Origin: a virus
Lineage: Duplodnaviria; Caudoviricetes
Virus record (IMG/VR): IMGVR_UViG_3300034683_000065
Coordinates: 1 to 58,642 of that record
Strand: one strand, 5' to 3'
DNA length: 58,642 nt
Shown here: one piece after another, positions 36,385 to 46,572 of the stretch
Layout of the letters: each line of letters starts with the position of its first letter
Position numbering within the stretch: the stretch's first letter is position 1
Position numbers and translations under genes: made by a program
The notes under the pieces: generated by a model
Database searches by the model: none
Seen by the model: the letters and a program-made list of their open reading frames with translations, nothing else
What the model was told of the DNA's origin: nothing

Positions 36385-36780
36385 ATGGCAAATACAACTG
36401 AATTCTCTCCTTACAAACCGGTTACTGTGAAGTCTGTGTCTGTTTCTGAAAACACGTACACTGACGGTGGAAAAGTATGGACTGTCGCTAACCTCATCGA
36501 AAGATCAAAAGATCTGCCTGTATTTGAGCTGCCTATCCAGACAATCTACATTGGGGCACACATCTGGAGTCCCATTCGTAGTGCAAAAGCTCTGGCTAAG
36601 CACATGAAACGTGTAATGAGTGCGTCACTTGATCACCCGATTATCCTTGACGAAGATGGATTCATCATGGACGGGTGGCACAGAGTGACAAAAGCACTGA
36701 TCGACGGAGTTGCCACAGTGAAAGCTGTGAGGTTCGACGAGAATCCTCCGCACGACTACGAAGTAAAGGAGGGCGAGTAA
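36385..36780 (+). CDS. ParB/Srx-like N-terminal domain protein
   Basis: LDHPIIL....IMDGWHRV.KA. Confidence 0.75.
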   Translation: MANTTEFSPYKPVTVKSVSVSENTYTDGGKVWTVANLIERSKDLPVFELPIQTIYIGAHIWSPIRSAKALAKHMKRVMSASLDHPIILDEDGFIMDGWHRVTKALIDGVATVKAVRFDENPPHDYEVKEGE

Positions 36781-36953
36781 TTCTAAATGCTTCATGACGA
36801 AGATGTTTTAAGATCTCTTGTAACTCTAATACCGTTCGTGTGGATCGGTGGTAAATTCTTTTACTACGGAATAAAAGGCTACTACGAACGCAACGACTCT
36901 AACGACGACACTAAGCTTAACTTCTAATCATAAGTACAAAGGTACCTTTACAC

Positions 36954-37247
36954 ATGATTCCTACTATCGAAACACGCCTTGATCACACCGCTAACGTGAT
37001 GGAGATTATCACGACCCGCCTTCAGCAGAACGACGCTGAGCTTATCGCTCTGCAGAACTCTATTGACACTAGTGTCATCAATCTCATCAAGGCCCGATCG
37101 GAACTGGTTGAGCAGCTTGAAGACGCCATTCTTAAGCACAACGAGCTCACGCTTCTTAAGCGCATCAAGGACGACGAGCTTGGCGTGTACGACAAGTCTA
37201 CCGGAGACCACGTCGAAGTGATCTTCGTAGACAAGTCGCAGGGCTAA
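36954..37247 (+). CDS. Coiled-coil hypothetical protein
   Basis: 97-aa ORF with heptad pattern. Confidence 0.65.
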   Translation: MIPTIETRLDHTANVMEIITTRLQQNDAELIALQNSIDTSVINLIKARSELVEQLEDAILKHNELTLLKRIKDDELGVYDKSTGDHVEVIFVDKSQG

Positions 37248-37277
37248 TACCCCTTTAGAATGCACGACGTTTGATTC

Positions 37278-37335
37278 TAAGGCACGTTTACAGGGAAACC
37301 TGCCTAGAGTATGGGTGGAAATGTAGCGTGCCTTA
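37278..37335. repeat. Dyad element copy 3 (TAAGGCACG-N40-CGTGCCTTA)
   Basis: Perfect 9-bp arms; same spacing and core as copy 1. Confidence 0.75.
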
Positions 37336-37358
37336 GAAGTCAAAATCCTACACACAAT

Positions 37359-37400
37359 AAAAGAGAAGCCTGGGTACGAAAGTATCTGGGCTTTTCTTTT
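37359..37400 (+). terminator. Intrinsic terminator
   Basis: AAGAGAAGCCTGGGTAC-GAAA-GTATCTGGGCTTTTCTTTT. Confidence 0.7.
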
Positions 37401-37571
37401 AGTTTACTTTTAACTCGGAGTTCACGAATATATGAACGAAAAGAAGATAGAGTACATCAAGACGTGGAAGCCTATAGCTGAACAGCTTATCAAGGCAAAG
37501 AGCAAGGAAGCTCGCACCTACGGAGAAGAGTTGATGAAACTCGTGCGCGAAGTAGAGGAGGGTATGGCCGC

Positions 37572-37790
37572 GTGATAGACATAATAAAGCGGTTCTTTGG
37601 TGGCGTTGACGCTCACGGAAATGCGTGTCCGCGTTACTGTTTTGGTAGGCACGTAGAAGACAACACAGGGTGTACAGATGTGCGTGGGTGCCCGTACATT
37701 CGTGCTTGCGTCGAGGCTGCTGTTGCATCTATGGTCAGGCAAGGCGCACTCAAGCAGTTTAAAGCGTGGATAGGAAAACTCTCTGGGTAG
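37572..37790 (+). CDS. Small Cys-containing hypothetical protein
   Basis: RBS GAGGAGGG region; last + strand gene. Confidence 0.5.
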   Translation: MIDIIKRFFGGVDAHGNACPRYCFGRHVEDNTGCTDVRGCPYIRACVEAAVASMVRQGALKQFKAWIGKLSG

Positions 37791-37792
37791 AA

Positions 37793-37835
37793 CAAGAAAA
37801 GGCCGGGATCCTTTTGGGACTCCGGCCTTCTTTTG
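37793..37835. terminator. Bidirectional terminator at the early/late convergence
   Basis: A-run, GGCCGG..CCGGCC stem, T-run, between convergent stop codons. Confidence 0.8.
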
Positions 37836-37837
37836 TT

Positions 37838-38344
37838 TTAAGACTCTTCGTTAGTCTTCGTGTTCTGTATTTCTGTAATGCCCATGAGATCTTTGAGCGG
37901 CACGCCGTTCTTCAGTTGCATCATCTCTGCAAACTTCTTGAACCCAAACGCTGCGCTTATGGCTACTCCCACAGATACTTGGTACCAGTCAGGCATACCA
38001 GCGAACGCGTTGAATCCTTCGAAGACCCAAGGCCTTGTGTACGGTATCCACGCAAGAACCAGGGGAGTACTAATTAAGATAGTCCAGTACTCATCCTTCC
38101 ACCCACTGTTCTGTATCTGGGTGTTCTCCCACGCAATGTCCCCAACACCTTTATTCTTGATGAGCTCAATGATAGCGTCTGCCTTTGCTTGCTTAATCCT
38201 GAGCAAGGCTTCCCGCTCAACTTGCCGTTCTTCTTGTTTACCTTTGAAGTAGTCACCGACTTGTCCGACGACAGCCCCAACTACTGTGCCAGCTGGCCCG
38301 AACAGAGTTCCAACAGCACTAGTTACAGTAGACATCCAATTCAC
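37838..38344 (-). CDS. Holin-like membrane protein
   Basis: SGWKDEYW followed by two TM helices; last late gene. Confidence 0.65.
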   Translation of the reverse strand: MNWMSTVTSAVGTLFGPAGTVVGAVVGQVGDYFKGKQEERQVEREALLRIKQAKADAIIELIKNKGVGDIAWENTQIQNSGWKDEYWTILISTPLVLAWIPYTRPWVFEGFNAFAGMPDWYQVSVGVAISAAFGFKKFAEMMQLKNGVPLKDLMGITEIQNTKTNEES

Positions 38345-38345
38345 G

Positions 38346-41300
38346 TTAGTACCTCACACCAGCAGACTCAGCTGCTTTGATCATGCGCTTCATGTGCATC
38401 TCCTTTTGCTGTTGCAACATCCGCTTACGGACGTTGTACTCTTCTGAGTAGATGCTGTGCTTGATCGCCAAGTCTGTCTCGGCCTTACGTATCTTAGTCA
38501 AGGCAGTCTCAACTCTCTTGAGATCTTGTTCTGCTTTAAGTGCAGACATAGACCTAGCCCGTATCTCTGCGAGCTCCTTGCCTCTGACTCCTTCCTTGTA
38601 CGCCAGATTATATTCCCCAGCAGAAGCCATGACTTCTTTCTTCACTTTACTGTAGAGCTGCTGCGTGTCAGACGCACCAACCTCACCAATAAAGCGCTTA
38701 AGAACAGGAGACTTAGTGTACTCGAACTCTCGTCCGGGAGTGAGCGCCATGTCGATAGCCTTGTAGGAATCCCACACAACTCGACCAACACCACCAGTGT
38801 ACGAAAGCAACGTGTGCTCTATAGTCTCTGGAGAAATATCTACGTATCCAGACTTAGTCTTCGACCCGCCGGTAACAGAGTTAAGAGCCTCAGCAAACGC
38901 TCTGAGCACAGGGTCAGCTGTACCCCAGAACTTCTGGCTGTCTGGCTTGTCCTTTGCACCTTCAGGTACTATGGGCTGCCCAGCAAAGTTACGGTTAGTA
39001 GCTATCTGGAACATAGGCCTGAAGATCGTAGGCACAAGTGCAGTCCAACCCTCGTCAGCCCCACCAACAAAACTGAAGGCGTCAAAGAAAGTCTTGACAG
39101 AACTGACAGCAGCCTCAACAGGTTTCTTACGACCGTTGATGACTTGGTCAAATGCGTCGCTTGTTGCCCAGAACATGTGGTAACCAAGAGCCATGGGGAT
39201 CTTGATGTAGCCACCGTCAGAAAACGGAGACGGAAGGATCAAGTTCTGAGACCTAACGTAGTCAGGTATCTTGTCGTACTTGTTAACTCCGTCATCGTCG
39301 TCACCCATGACAGCTCGGCACAGTGCTGCGAGAGCCATCTGCCCTGCCATGAATCCACCCAAGTACTTAGCGACACGCTTGACGTTCTGTTCACGAGTAG
39401 AAGTAGGGCGAACAATGTTCTGCATCATTCGAATGTTACCAGCAATAGACGCGCTGCTAAACATGTAGAGTGCGTTCATCACAGGAGCCCAGGCCCCCTT
39501 CTTCGTGAAGTTAACCGTGAGGTTAAGTGCAACGTTACCAGCTCTGTCTTGTGCTACTTCTGGAGACATGCCGTGTTTACGGTAAACACTGTACATATTC
39601 TTGAAGACGCTAAGGCGAGTCATGTTCTCAAGGATGTCGCTGAGCGTGTGCAAGTAAGTACCAGCTGTGATTACAAGGTCGCGTGCTGCGTGAGGCTGTC
39701 GAGCCATCTTGCGCAGACGCGTGTACGTGTCTTCAAAGTTAGCGAGGCCGTACATAGAAGTCTCAGCTCCGCTGTCCTTGTACAACTTAATAGCGTTGTA
39801 CCACCCAGCCTCTTCTTCGTTACGAGGGGCAAGTCCTTTACCTTCCCGCCACAAAGCCTTAAAGGCTGGCACAAGATCCTTAGCAAGCTGCGGTCTGATC
39901 TTCTTGATATCCGCTGCGAACTCTTGCTTGTGCTCTTCAATCACGCTGCCGAGGTTAAGCAGCGCAGTCTGTACGTCTCGAATGGGGTTACCCAAGATAA
40001 ACGGAAGAGACAGCGTAGTGCTTGCCTTAGCCATCATCTGCGTAAACACACCCATCTGCCTGATAGCAGGGCCAGCGATGAGCAGGTTCTCATCTTTAAG
40101 GCCTCGAGCAAGTTCTTTGTCAAAGATAGCAACACGAACACGTGAACCGTCTTCGTCGATTATCGTGACAACTGGCACGTCAGTACCAGAGAACTCGTGC
40201 TTAGCTTTCCTGAATACAAGTTCACCTTCTCCAGTGCTGGTGACTTTGTACTTAGGCTTTTCAGAGTCTATAACCTTCCACAGATCTGGTGCTGGGTTGT
40301 CCTTGATGAGGTTCAGCAAGGATCTGCCAACTACAGTACGCTCACCCATACGGATAGCGTCTTCGTACTGAACGATCGTGTGAATGATCGGATTCTGCGG
40401 AAGAGTGTCGCGACCCTTAGCGCGCTTAGACGGAACCCACTCACCGACGCTGATGCCAGCGCGAGCGTGCTCTGCTGCGTACCCAGGGTCTATCTGCTTA
40501 ATAGCTTCGTCCCAATTCTTGAGCGGAACGTAGTACTTGTACGTCTGCTCCCACTGATCAATAACATCCTTGTCAAACAAGTTGTACTGACGCAGCAGTT
40601 CAAGGCGAGCCGTGTTCAAGTACTTCAGCACACGAACAACTCCCTCCATGTTGGGGTCGCCTTCGTACTTACGAATAGTTTCGTGAGCTTCGGCGTCTGT
40701 CCAACCAGATGGTGCTTCCATGTACTTAAGCATGTCTTGCGTAATGTTCTTGTGAGGCATATTCTTGATCCGCTCTCTGAGCACAGCGTTACGCTCAAGC
40801 GCGTGAAGCGCAGTAGCGTAGTCAGCGGCAGCAGCAAGAGCTTTCTCAAAAGAACCAAACTTAGGAACAAGTTTGTTAACAAAGTACATCAACGATCCCT
40901 TAGTGTTGGGGTCGATGAACTCCTTCTGGATTTCTCCAATCCGACTAGATACTTTGTTACTCATCATCTCGTGCTTACGATACGCGTTGGTGTGCGGAGT
41001 GATCTTTCCACCTTGCTTAATCAAAGCACGCTGCACAACTTGCAGCCTTCTCAACTTATCCCCAAACTTTTCAAGCAGCCAGTCGACAGAGCTGTGACGA
41101 CGAACCTTGCCGTCAGGAGTCACCACCTGCCCAGCTTTGATGACGTCTTCAACAACCTTGCCAACCTTGTCTATGAGACTAAGTCGGTTGTCTTCTCGAA
41201 TCTGCTCAGCCTCAAGGAACGTGCGCGGGCCTGTGGTAGCACTCTCTGGAAGTGAGTACAGAAGAGCATTTACTTTAGACTTGTACTCAGCACTATTCTT

Positions 41301-44300
41301 ATCTTGTGCTAGGTGCAAAGCGCTGGCTTGGAGTATAGTGTAGATGTCGTCTTCAGTAAGCTTACGTACACCAAGCTTATTAAGAACTTGTTTGATAAAG
41401 TTCTTGACCTTTGCGAGCACAGACTTCTCGTCTGCGTCTAGCAGCTGCTTAACTTTCTTTCGTTCCGCAACTCTAGCCACGAACTCTTCGGCCTGGCTCA
41501 GAGGATCAAGAGACGAGTAGTACTCGTTCTTTCCTATGTGGCTGGCCCACGCTTTAGAGTCTTTAAACGAGTCGTACACAAGCTTAAGAAAATGTTCTCT
41601 CTGTCTGTCAGTAAACAGCGAGCGAAGTCCGTAGTGGACAACACCTTCGTGCACAACAGCCCGTACGGCCTGCTCTTTCGAAGTTATGTTCGGAGCGAAC
41701 AGTAGAATTTTTCCGTCGACAAATGCGGCTACAGCGCCCTTCTGGTACCGTGCGAGAATGTCCTGGTTCGAAATAACTTCTACTTTGTCAGCAAGTACAG
41801 GGAGTTGGCTAAGCGTGTTTTTAATCCACGCTGTTACTTTCTTTGCAGAGTCGACAGCCTCTTTTGTTGTGCCGACTTGCTCACGTGCCTGAGCTTGTGT
41901 CTGAGCTTTGACTACGTCTACTTCTCTTGCAAGATTACTTGTGTGAACTGTACCGGTCTCAGGCACAGGCATAGTACCTTGCTGGACAGTGCCAGTAGCT
42001 TGCTCTTGTGTGGGCACCAAAGACCTGCGGTGCAGCTGGTACCCTGGAACGAATTCACCTTCCGGCATTCGTCCGAGCGCAGCAGCTTCTTCAAATTGTT
42101 GACGTTCAGCCTGATCCCACCACGCAGCAAGCTCAGCTTCTTGCGCTTGCTTTTCTTGCTCTCGTGCGTTAGCCAAGTCACGAGCAGCCTCGTACTGAGT
42201 TTGGTGGAACACCATGTTACGTTCTACTGGCTGAGGTACAACAGCAGGTGCTGCCGGTACAGCCTCAGCTACGTCGGTAACCTTGGGAGGAAACACCAAC
42301 ATGTCTCTGTTGTACATACTGGCACCGAACGCTTCTTCTTGTGCTCTGGTGTTGGCTTCGTCGAACTGCTGAGCTTTGGCTCTTGCTGCGGCTATGTCGT
42401 TAGCGATCTTGTCTCTAACTTTGTTAGCTTCTTGCACAGCCTCTTGCTCGTACAGACGTGCGTACTCGGCAGCTTCTGCCTTGTTCTCTGCCTGTGCACC
42501 AAGGGTAGCCCAGTATTCTTTACCACCACCGAAGAACTGTTTCAGTCTTTCTTGACGTTCTCTGCGCTTGTTGTTCTGCTCTTCTTGCCTGATGCTCTCA
42601 CGAGTGTGTGCTGCACGCAGCTCGTTAGCTGCTGCGGCAATGTGCGCCTGTTCTTGCAGCTTGTTCGGCAGCGCGGTGTCGGGTGTTAGATTAGCAAGGA
42701 GATCGTCGCCAGTCTTTTCTGCTCTCTTTCGAAGTTCCTGAAGACTAACTTCGGGCGCTCCTCTGAGGATGGCATCTATGTCAGATGCTGCTGAGCCTAT
42801 GCCGTACAGAGAGTTAAGAGCCTTGTCCAGCTTCCACTGTTCGCCAACCTTGTTGTTAGCGATAAGCCTAACAGCCTTGTCACCCTGCTCAAAGATATTG
42901 TCAACTCTGTTCTGCTCAGCAGTAAGTGCGTTCTTGTAAGTAGAAAGTCTGTCTGCAAGAATACTTACTGTTGCGCGGCTCAGCGTCGGGTCAGACATCT
43001 TGGCTTCGAGCTCTGTGATAGCTGCCCTAAGCTTGCCTTGAATCTGAGTAGAGATGTCAGACTGCCTATTAACAAACGTCTGTACATCCTTAGCCTGGTC
43101 TACAAGTCTCTTATATACTTCAGGAGACTGAGGTGGAGCAGTTGCTTCAGATTCTGCACGCTTCTCTCTGGCCTTCTGTACTTTCTTTTCTGCTGTGGTA
43201 GTAGCTTTCTCTACTTGCTTCTTAGCCAAAGCTTGCGCATGCTCAAGATTCTTCTGTGCCTTTGCAAGCTGACCAGTGACTTGTGCGAGTGCATCCTTGG
43301 CCTGCCCACGAACCTGTGGATCCGACCCAGGATTTCCAAGAACAGTAAGCAGATGGGCACGCTGCCTAGAAAGCTGCTGCACCAGTCCAGCGTACTTCTG
43401 TTGTGTCTCTGCAAGCTTAGAACCAATGCTGTCAACAGTCATAGAGACAGCAGTCTTACCTATCTCAGTAGCAGCTTCTACATTACCAGCAGCCACAGCT
43501 GCTTCTTTGATAATGTCTTCTGCGTTGAACTGAGGTTTGGTAGACAACGACGGATCGTTGCTTTCTGCCGTGTTCTTTTCTGCTGTCTTAAGACGATCTA
43601 CTACTGTGGACACTGGGGCAAAGCCAAGACCACCAATAGCACCAGCAGCTGCGCTGTTGATGATATCCCAGTAGTCATCTGGAGTAATCCAAGCTCGGCT
43701 GTCCTGAATGTTTGCGTTGGCTGAAGCTACGGCTTCCTGAATACCTTCAGTAAAACCTTCCTGCAGCATAACCTTGGGCAGGTCTCGTACGAGTGCGCTC
43801 CTGAAAGATCTTTCAACTTCTCGCGCGACAGGAACGCCTGTGACCTTCCGAAGGATTGAACCTTCAGCACCCATGACAACGTCAACCATTGCGCTAGCAA
43901 GACCAAACGCAGCGTCTTGGATCGGCCTGGTATTTTCAATGCCGTGGGTTTCCACATCTCGTGCGTACATCCCACCAGCTTCTTGAGACCACATGGCACC
44001 AGTAACACCAAGTGTTGCACCAAGCCTAGACGCAACTGCCTTAGTCGCCGTCTCACGCGCAAGCTCAGCACTAAGGCCTTGCTTGATGAGGGACTGCTCT
44101 GCTGCTGCAATCGCAGACTTAGCTCCGTTGGCTACTACTGTACCAAGCACACGCTTGCCTACAAAACTACCAACTCCACCAGTACCAAGAGACAGCATAG
44201 CCTGTGGAAGCAAAGACCCAAGTGTGTGAGCTCCCCACTGAGCGGCAGTCTCAAAAGACTCGATATCACGTATGTCGCCTACCTTACCAGCATAAGGTGA

Positions 44301-44588
44301 GGCTTCTTCCATGTTTCTAAGATACCCCTCGTAACCAAAGTCGCGAAGAGAATCAATTCCTGCTATGTCACCAGCAAGTCCAACAGACCCATAGCCAAGG
44401 GCTTGCATCTGCTGCTTACCGTACTCCCACCCCTTGCCAAACTCTGACATACCAGCAGCAGGATCAACAGGTGCTGGTGTAGGAATAGCAGAGTACGCAT
44501 CTTGAATGTTGTACGAAGATCCGCCCCCGAATGGCCTTACTGGCCCACCGAAGGGATTAATCATAGTACCAGCGCTATCCGGCGTCAT
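38346..44588 (-). CDS. Large internal virion/ejection protein with zincin-like motif and C-terminal LPD38-like domain
   Basis: 2080 aa; HEGVVHYGLR; GDDDDGVNKYDKIPDY..YIKIP; Gly/Ala hydrophobic N-region. Confidence 0.8.
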   Translation of the reverse strand: MTPDSAGTMINPFGGPVRPFGGGSSYNIQDAYSAIPTPAPVDPAAGMSEFGKGWEYGKQQMQALGYGSVGLAGDIAGIDSLRDFGYEGYLRNMEEASPYAGKVGDIRDIESFETAAQWGAHTLGSLLPQAMLSLGTGGVGSFVGKRVLGTVVANGAKSAIAAAEQSLIKQGLSAELARETATKAVASRLGATLGVTGAMWSQEAGGMYARDVETHGIENTRPIQDAAFGLASAMVDVVMGAEGSILRKVTGVPVAREVERSFRSALVRDLPKVMLQEGFTEGIQEAVASANANIQDSRAWITPDDYWDIINSAAAGAIGGLGFAPVSTVVDRLKTAEKNTAESNDPSLSTKPQFNAEDIIKEAAVAAGNVEAATEIGKTAVSMTVDSIGSKLAETQQKYAGLVQQLSRQRAHLLTVLGNPGSDPQVRGQAKDALAQVTGQLAKAQKNLEHAQALAKKQVEKATTTAEKKVQKAREKRAESEATAPPQSPEVYKRLVDQAKDVQTFVNRQSDISTQIQGKLRAAITELEAKMSDPTLSRATVSILADRLSTYKNALTAEQNRVDNIFEQGDKAVRLIANNKVGEQWKLDKALNSLYGIGSAASDIDAILRGAPEVSLQELRKRAEKTGDDLLANLTPDTALPNKLQEQAHIAAAANELRAAHTRESIRQEEQNNKRRERQERLKQFFGGGKEYWATLGAQAENKAEAAEYARLYEQEAVQEANKVRDKIANDIAAARAKAQQFDEANTRAQEEAFGASMYNRDMLVFPPKVTDVAEAVPAAPAVVPQPVERNMVFHQTQYEAARDLANAREQEKQAQEAELAAWWDQAERQQFEEAAALGRMPEGEFVPGYQLHRRSLVPTQEQATGTVQQGTMPVPETGTVHTSNLAREVDVVKAQTQAQAREQVGTTKEAVDSAKKVTAWIKNTLSQLPVLADKVEVISNQDILARYQKGAVAAFVDGKILLFAPNITSKEQAVRAVVHEGVVHYGLRSLFTDRQREHFLKLVYDSFKDSKAWASHIGKNEYYSSLDPLSQAEEFVARVAERKKVKQLLDADEKSVLAKVKNFIKQVLNKLGVRKLTEDDIYTILQASALHLAQDKNSAEYKSKVNALLYSLPESATTGPRTFLEAEQIREDNRLSLIDKVGKVVEDVIKAGQVVTPDGKVRRHSSVDWLLEKFGDKLRRLQVVQRALIKQGGKITPHTNAYRKHEMMSNKVSSRIGEIQKEFIDPNTKGSLMYFVNKLVPKFGSFEKALAAAADYATALHALERNAVLRERIKNMPHKNITQDMLKYMEAPSGWTDAEAHETIRKYEGDPNMEGVVRVLKYLNTARLELLRQYNLFDKDVIDQWEQTYKYYVPLKNWDEAIKQIDPGYAAEHARAGISVGEWVPSKRAKGRDTLPQNPIIHTIVQYEDAIRMGERTVVGRSLLNLIKDNPAPDLWKVIDSEKPKYKVTSTGEGELVFRKAKHEFSGTDVPVVTIIDEDGSRVRVAIFDKELARGLKDENLLIAGPAIRQMGVFTQMMAKASTTLSLPFILGNPIRDVQTALLNLGSVIEEHKQEFAADIKKIRPQLAKDLVPAFKALWREGKGLAPRNEEEAGWYNAIKLYKDSGAETSMYGLANFEDTYTRLRKMARQPHAARDLVITAGTYLHTLSDILENMTRLSVFKNMYSVYRKHGMSPEVAQDRAGNVALNLTVNFTKKGAWAPVMNALYMFSSASIAGNIRMMQNIVRPTSTREQNVKRVAKYLGGFMAGQMALAALCRAVMGDDDDGVNKYDKIPDYVRSQNLILPSPFSDGGYIKIPMALGYHMFWATSDAFDQVINGRKKPVEAAVSSVKTFFDAFSFVGGADEGWTALVPTIFRPMFQIATNRNFAGQPIVPEGAKDKPDSQKFWGTADPVLRAFAEALNSVTGGSKTKSGYVDISPETIEHTLLSYTGGVGRVVWDSYKAIDMALTPGREFEYTKSPVLKRFIGEVGASDTQQLYSKVKKEVMASAGEYNLAYKEGVRGKELAEIRARSMSALKAEQDLKRVETALTKIRKAETDLAIKHSIYSEEYNVRKRMLQQQKEMHMKRMIKAAESAGVRY

Positions 44589-44612
44589 GGTAACTCCTAA
44601 AGTAAAATGTGA

Positions 44613-45773
44613 TTATCTGCCAAGGCCAAGCCCAAAGTATTGCTCTGACCCTGTTCCTTGGTATTGCCCAGGGCTAAGGTTATTGATGAACACTGGGTTA
44701 AGATTATCAAAGAAGTTAGTATACCCGCCGGGTTGAGCATATGGCGTATGTACAGTACCCATAGGCACAGAGGCCTTGAGACGCCCAGCCAGTGCGTCAA
44801 ACTCAGCTTGCGTACGTTCTTCTTCAGACGTTGGTGCTTGTGGAGCAGCCGCATTGGCGGCAGCAATACCGACGTTAGCCATCATGCGCGGGAAGGAATC
44901 TATAAGATTACCAGACGTAATACCTTGAGCGAGCGCCTGCTGAGAAAGCAGCAAAGTCTGGTTAAACTTAGTCATATCTTCTGAGGTGATGTTAGAGCCG
45001 TCGGCTTTCTTAAACTCACCAGTCTGCTTATCAATGTACATGTTGTTGTGGTACAGCGAGTTGATAAGCGCCTTGTCCATCAGGTTGCTAGACTGTGTGA
45101 TAAGAGTCTTAGCCAGTTCAGTCTGACCCTTAGCACCTTCAAGCTTAAGCGCGTTAAAGCCCTCAAGAGCTTTTACGTTCAGTGCGTTACGACCGCTAAG
45201 CTTTTCCTTTTCAAGTCCGTAGGCACCCTTGACTTTCTCTTCCGCAACACCCCAACGGCCAAGCTGGTCGATCTTATTAATATCGTGTTGGAACTTAGCT
45301 TGCTGTTCAATGGTACCCTTAACATCCCTCATTGCCTCAAGAGGAGTCTGGATGTACTGAGACAGGCTGTACAAAGCCTGCTTCCCAGAAGGTATTGTAC
45401 CCTGCTGGAGCACATTGCCGTCAGCGTCTACAAGCTTTACTGTAGCATTACTTCCGTAAGACGTGCTATCTGTTACCCAGCGCTGCCCTTCTGCTTTTGT
45501 ACCGGGCAGAGAGTTCAGGGCCTCAACAAAACCAGAAGGACTAGACATAATCCTATCTTGGTTTTGGTTGAGCATCTGCATGTTCTGTGCTACACGACGA
45601 GTGGCAGAACGCGCAGCAGACCTAAGCATACCTTGCTCTTCACTGAGAGCATCTTCATAACCGAGCTGCTCAACCTTCATTTTCATGCGGGCAAGCGCAC
45701 GCTGGTCATCTTCAAACTTGTCAGCCTCCCACATACGGAGACCGTCTCTAATCGCCAATCCAAGCGATGCCAT
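44613..45773 (-). CDS. Internal virion/ejection protein
   Basis: Position in the late block and Q/A/G-rich helical composition. Confidence 0.65.
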   Translation of the reverse strand: MASLGLAIRDGLRMWEADKFEDDQRALARMKMKVEQLGYEDALSEEQGMLRSAARSATRRVAQNMQMLNQNQDRIMSSPSGFVEALNSLPGTKAEGQRWVTDSTSYGSNATVKLVDADGNVLQQGTIPSGKQALYSLSQYIQTPLEAMRDVKGTIEQQAKFQHDINKIDQLGRWGVAEEKVKGAYGLEKEKLSGRNALNVKALEGFNALKLEGAKGQTELAKTLITQSSNLMDKALINSLYHNNMYIDKQTGEFKKADGSNITSEDMTKFNQTLLLSQQALAQGITSGNLIDSFPRMMANVGIAAANAAAPQAPTSEEERTQAEFDALAGRLKASVPMGTVHTPYAQPGGYTNFFDNLNPVFINNLSPGQYQGTGSEQYFGLGLGR

Positions 45774-45778
45774 AATTG

Positions 45779-46570
45779 TTAACCCCTCATCAGTTCAAGA
45801 AGATTACGACCACTGTAAGTCGCACCCCTGAAGTAGTCACTAGCGTTAGCTTGCTGCTGGTTAGCGAGATTGCTGAGCATACCAGATGCTGCACCAAGTC
45901 CAGACAGAGCTGCCGTAGGAGTAGTCGTAGAAGAGAACTGCTGCGCGGACAGAGGAATACCAGCGCGGTAGTTAAGCGCCTGAGCCTGTCTACTAAGTGC
46001 AGTGTCTTCAGCTTGCCTAGAGGCTTGCGTACGAGCACCAGCTTCTGCGAGTGCCTGGGACGTGCCCATCTGCTGCATGTAGTTCTGGAACATCCCACTG
46101 TTGGGATTGATACCAGCAGCAGCAAATCTACGGGCGTCTACGTCACGCTGCTGACCAAAGGAAGCTCCGATGTCAGTACTAGCAGTAGCGCGCATTCGGC
46201 CAGCAAGAACGTCCTCACCCTCAGCAAGTTTCTTTACAAGAGATTCTTTGGTCTGGTCAAGAATAGGGTCGAGAATCTTAGCCTGTGCTATGTCACCAAG
46301 ACCCTTAGTGATACCGTAGTCACGCTGCGCTACCTGAAGCTTGCGCAGTTTTTCAAGATCTTCGAGAGAGTACTCTGCCTGCAGATCTTCTATGGGCCAC
46401 TGCAGTTCCTGCATCCTGTCCCAAAGATCTTGCGCCCACTCACTCTGCATAGCAACACTGCCAGCAAGCATGTTGCTGTATTTGTTAGCCTGCTGTTGAG
46501 ACTGGTAGCCTTGGTAGGCATCCCACCCAGCAAGTCCAAGGTTACCGAGTTTAAGAAGACTATCCCACAT
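45779..46570 (-). CDS. Internal virion/ejection protein
   Basis: R..AAAGINPNSG motif; A/Q-rich. Confidence 0.7.
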   Translation of the reverse strand: MWDSLLKLGNLGLAGWDAYQGYQSQQQANKYSNMLAGSVAMQSEWAQDLWDRMQELQWPIEDLQAEYSLEDLEKLRKLQVAQRDYGITKGLGDIAQAKILDPILDQTKESLVKKLAEGEDVLAGRMRATASTDIGASFGQQRDVDARRFAAAGINPNSGMFQNYMQQMGTSQALAEAGARTQASRQAEDTALSRQAQALNYRAGIPLSAQQFSSTTTPTAALSGLGAASGMLSNLANQQQANASDYFRGATYSGRNLLELMRG

Positions 46571-46572
46571 AA

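Noticed and set aside
36385-36780. Plasmid-prophage partition system
   Set aside because: Only a stand-alone ParB-like N-domain; no ParA, repressor or integrase
38457-40145. Long antisense ORFs (also 910..2040, 13053..14306, 56900..57982)
   Set aside because: Shadow frames of codon-biased genes on the opposite strand
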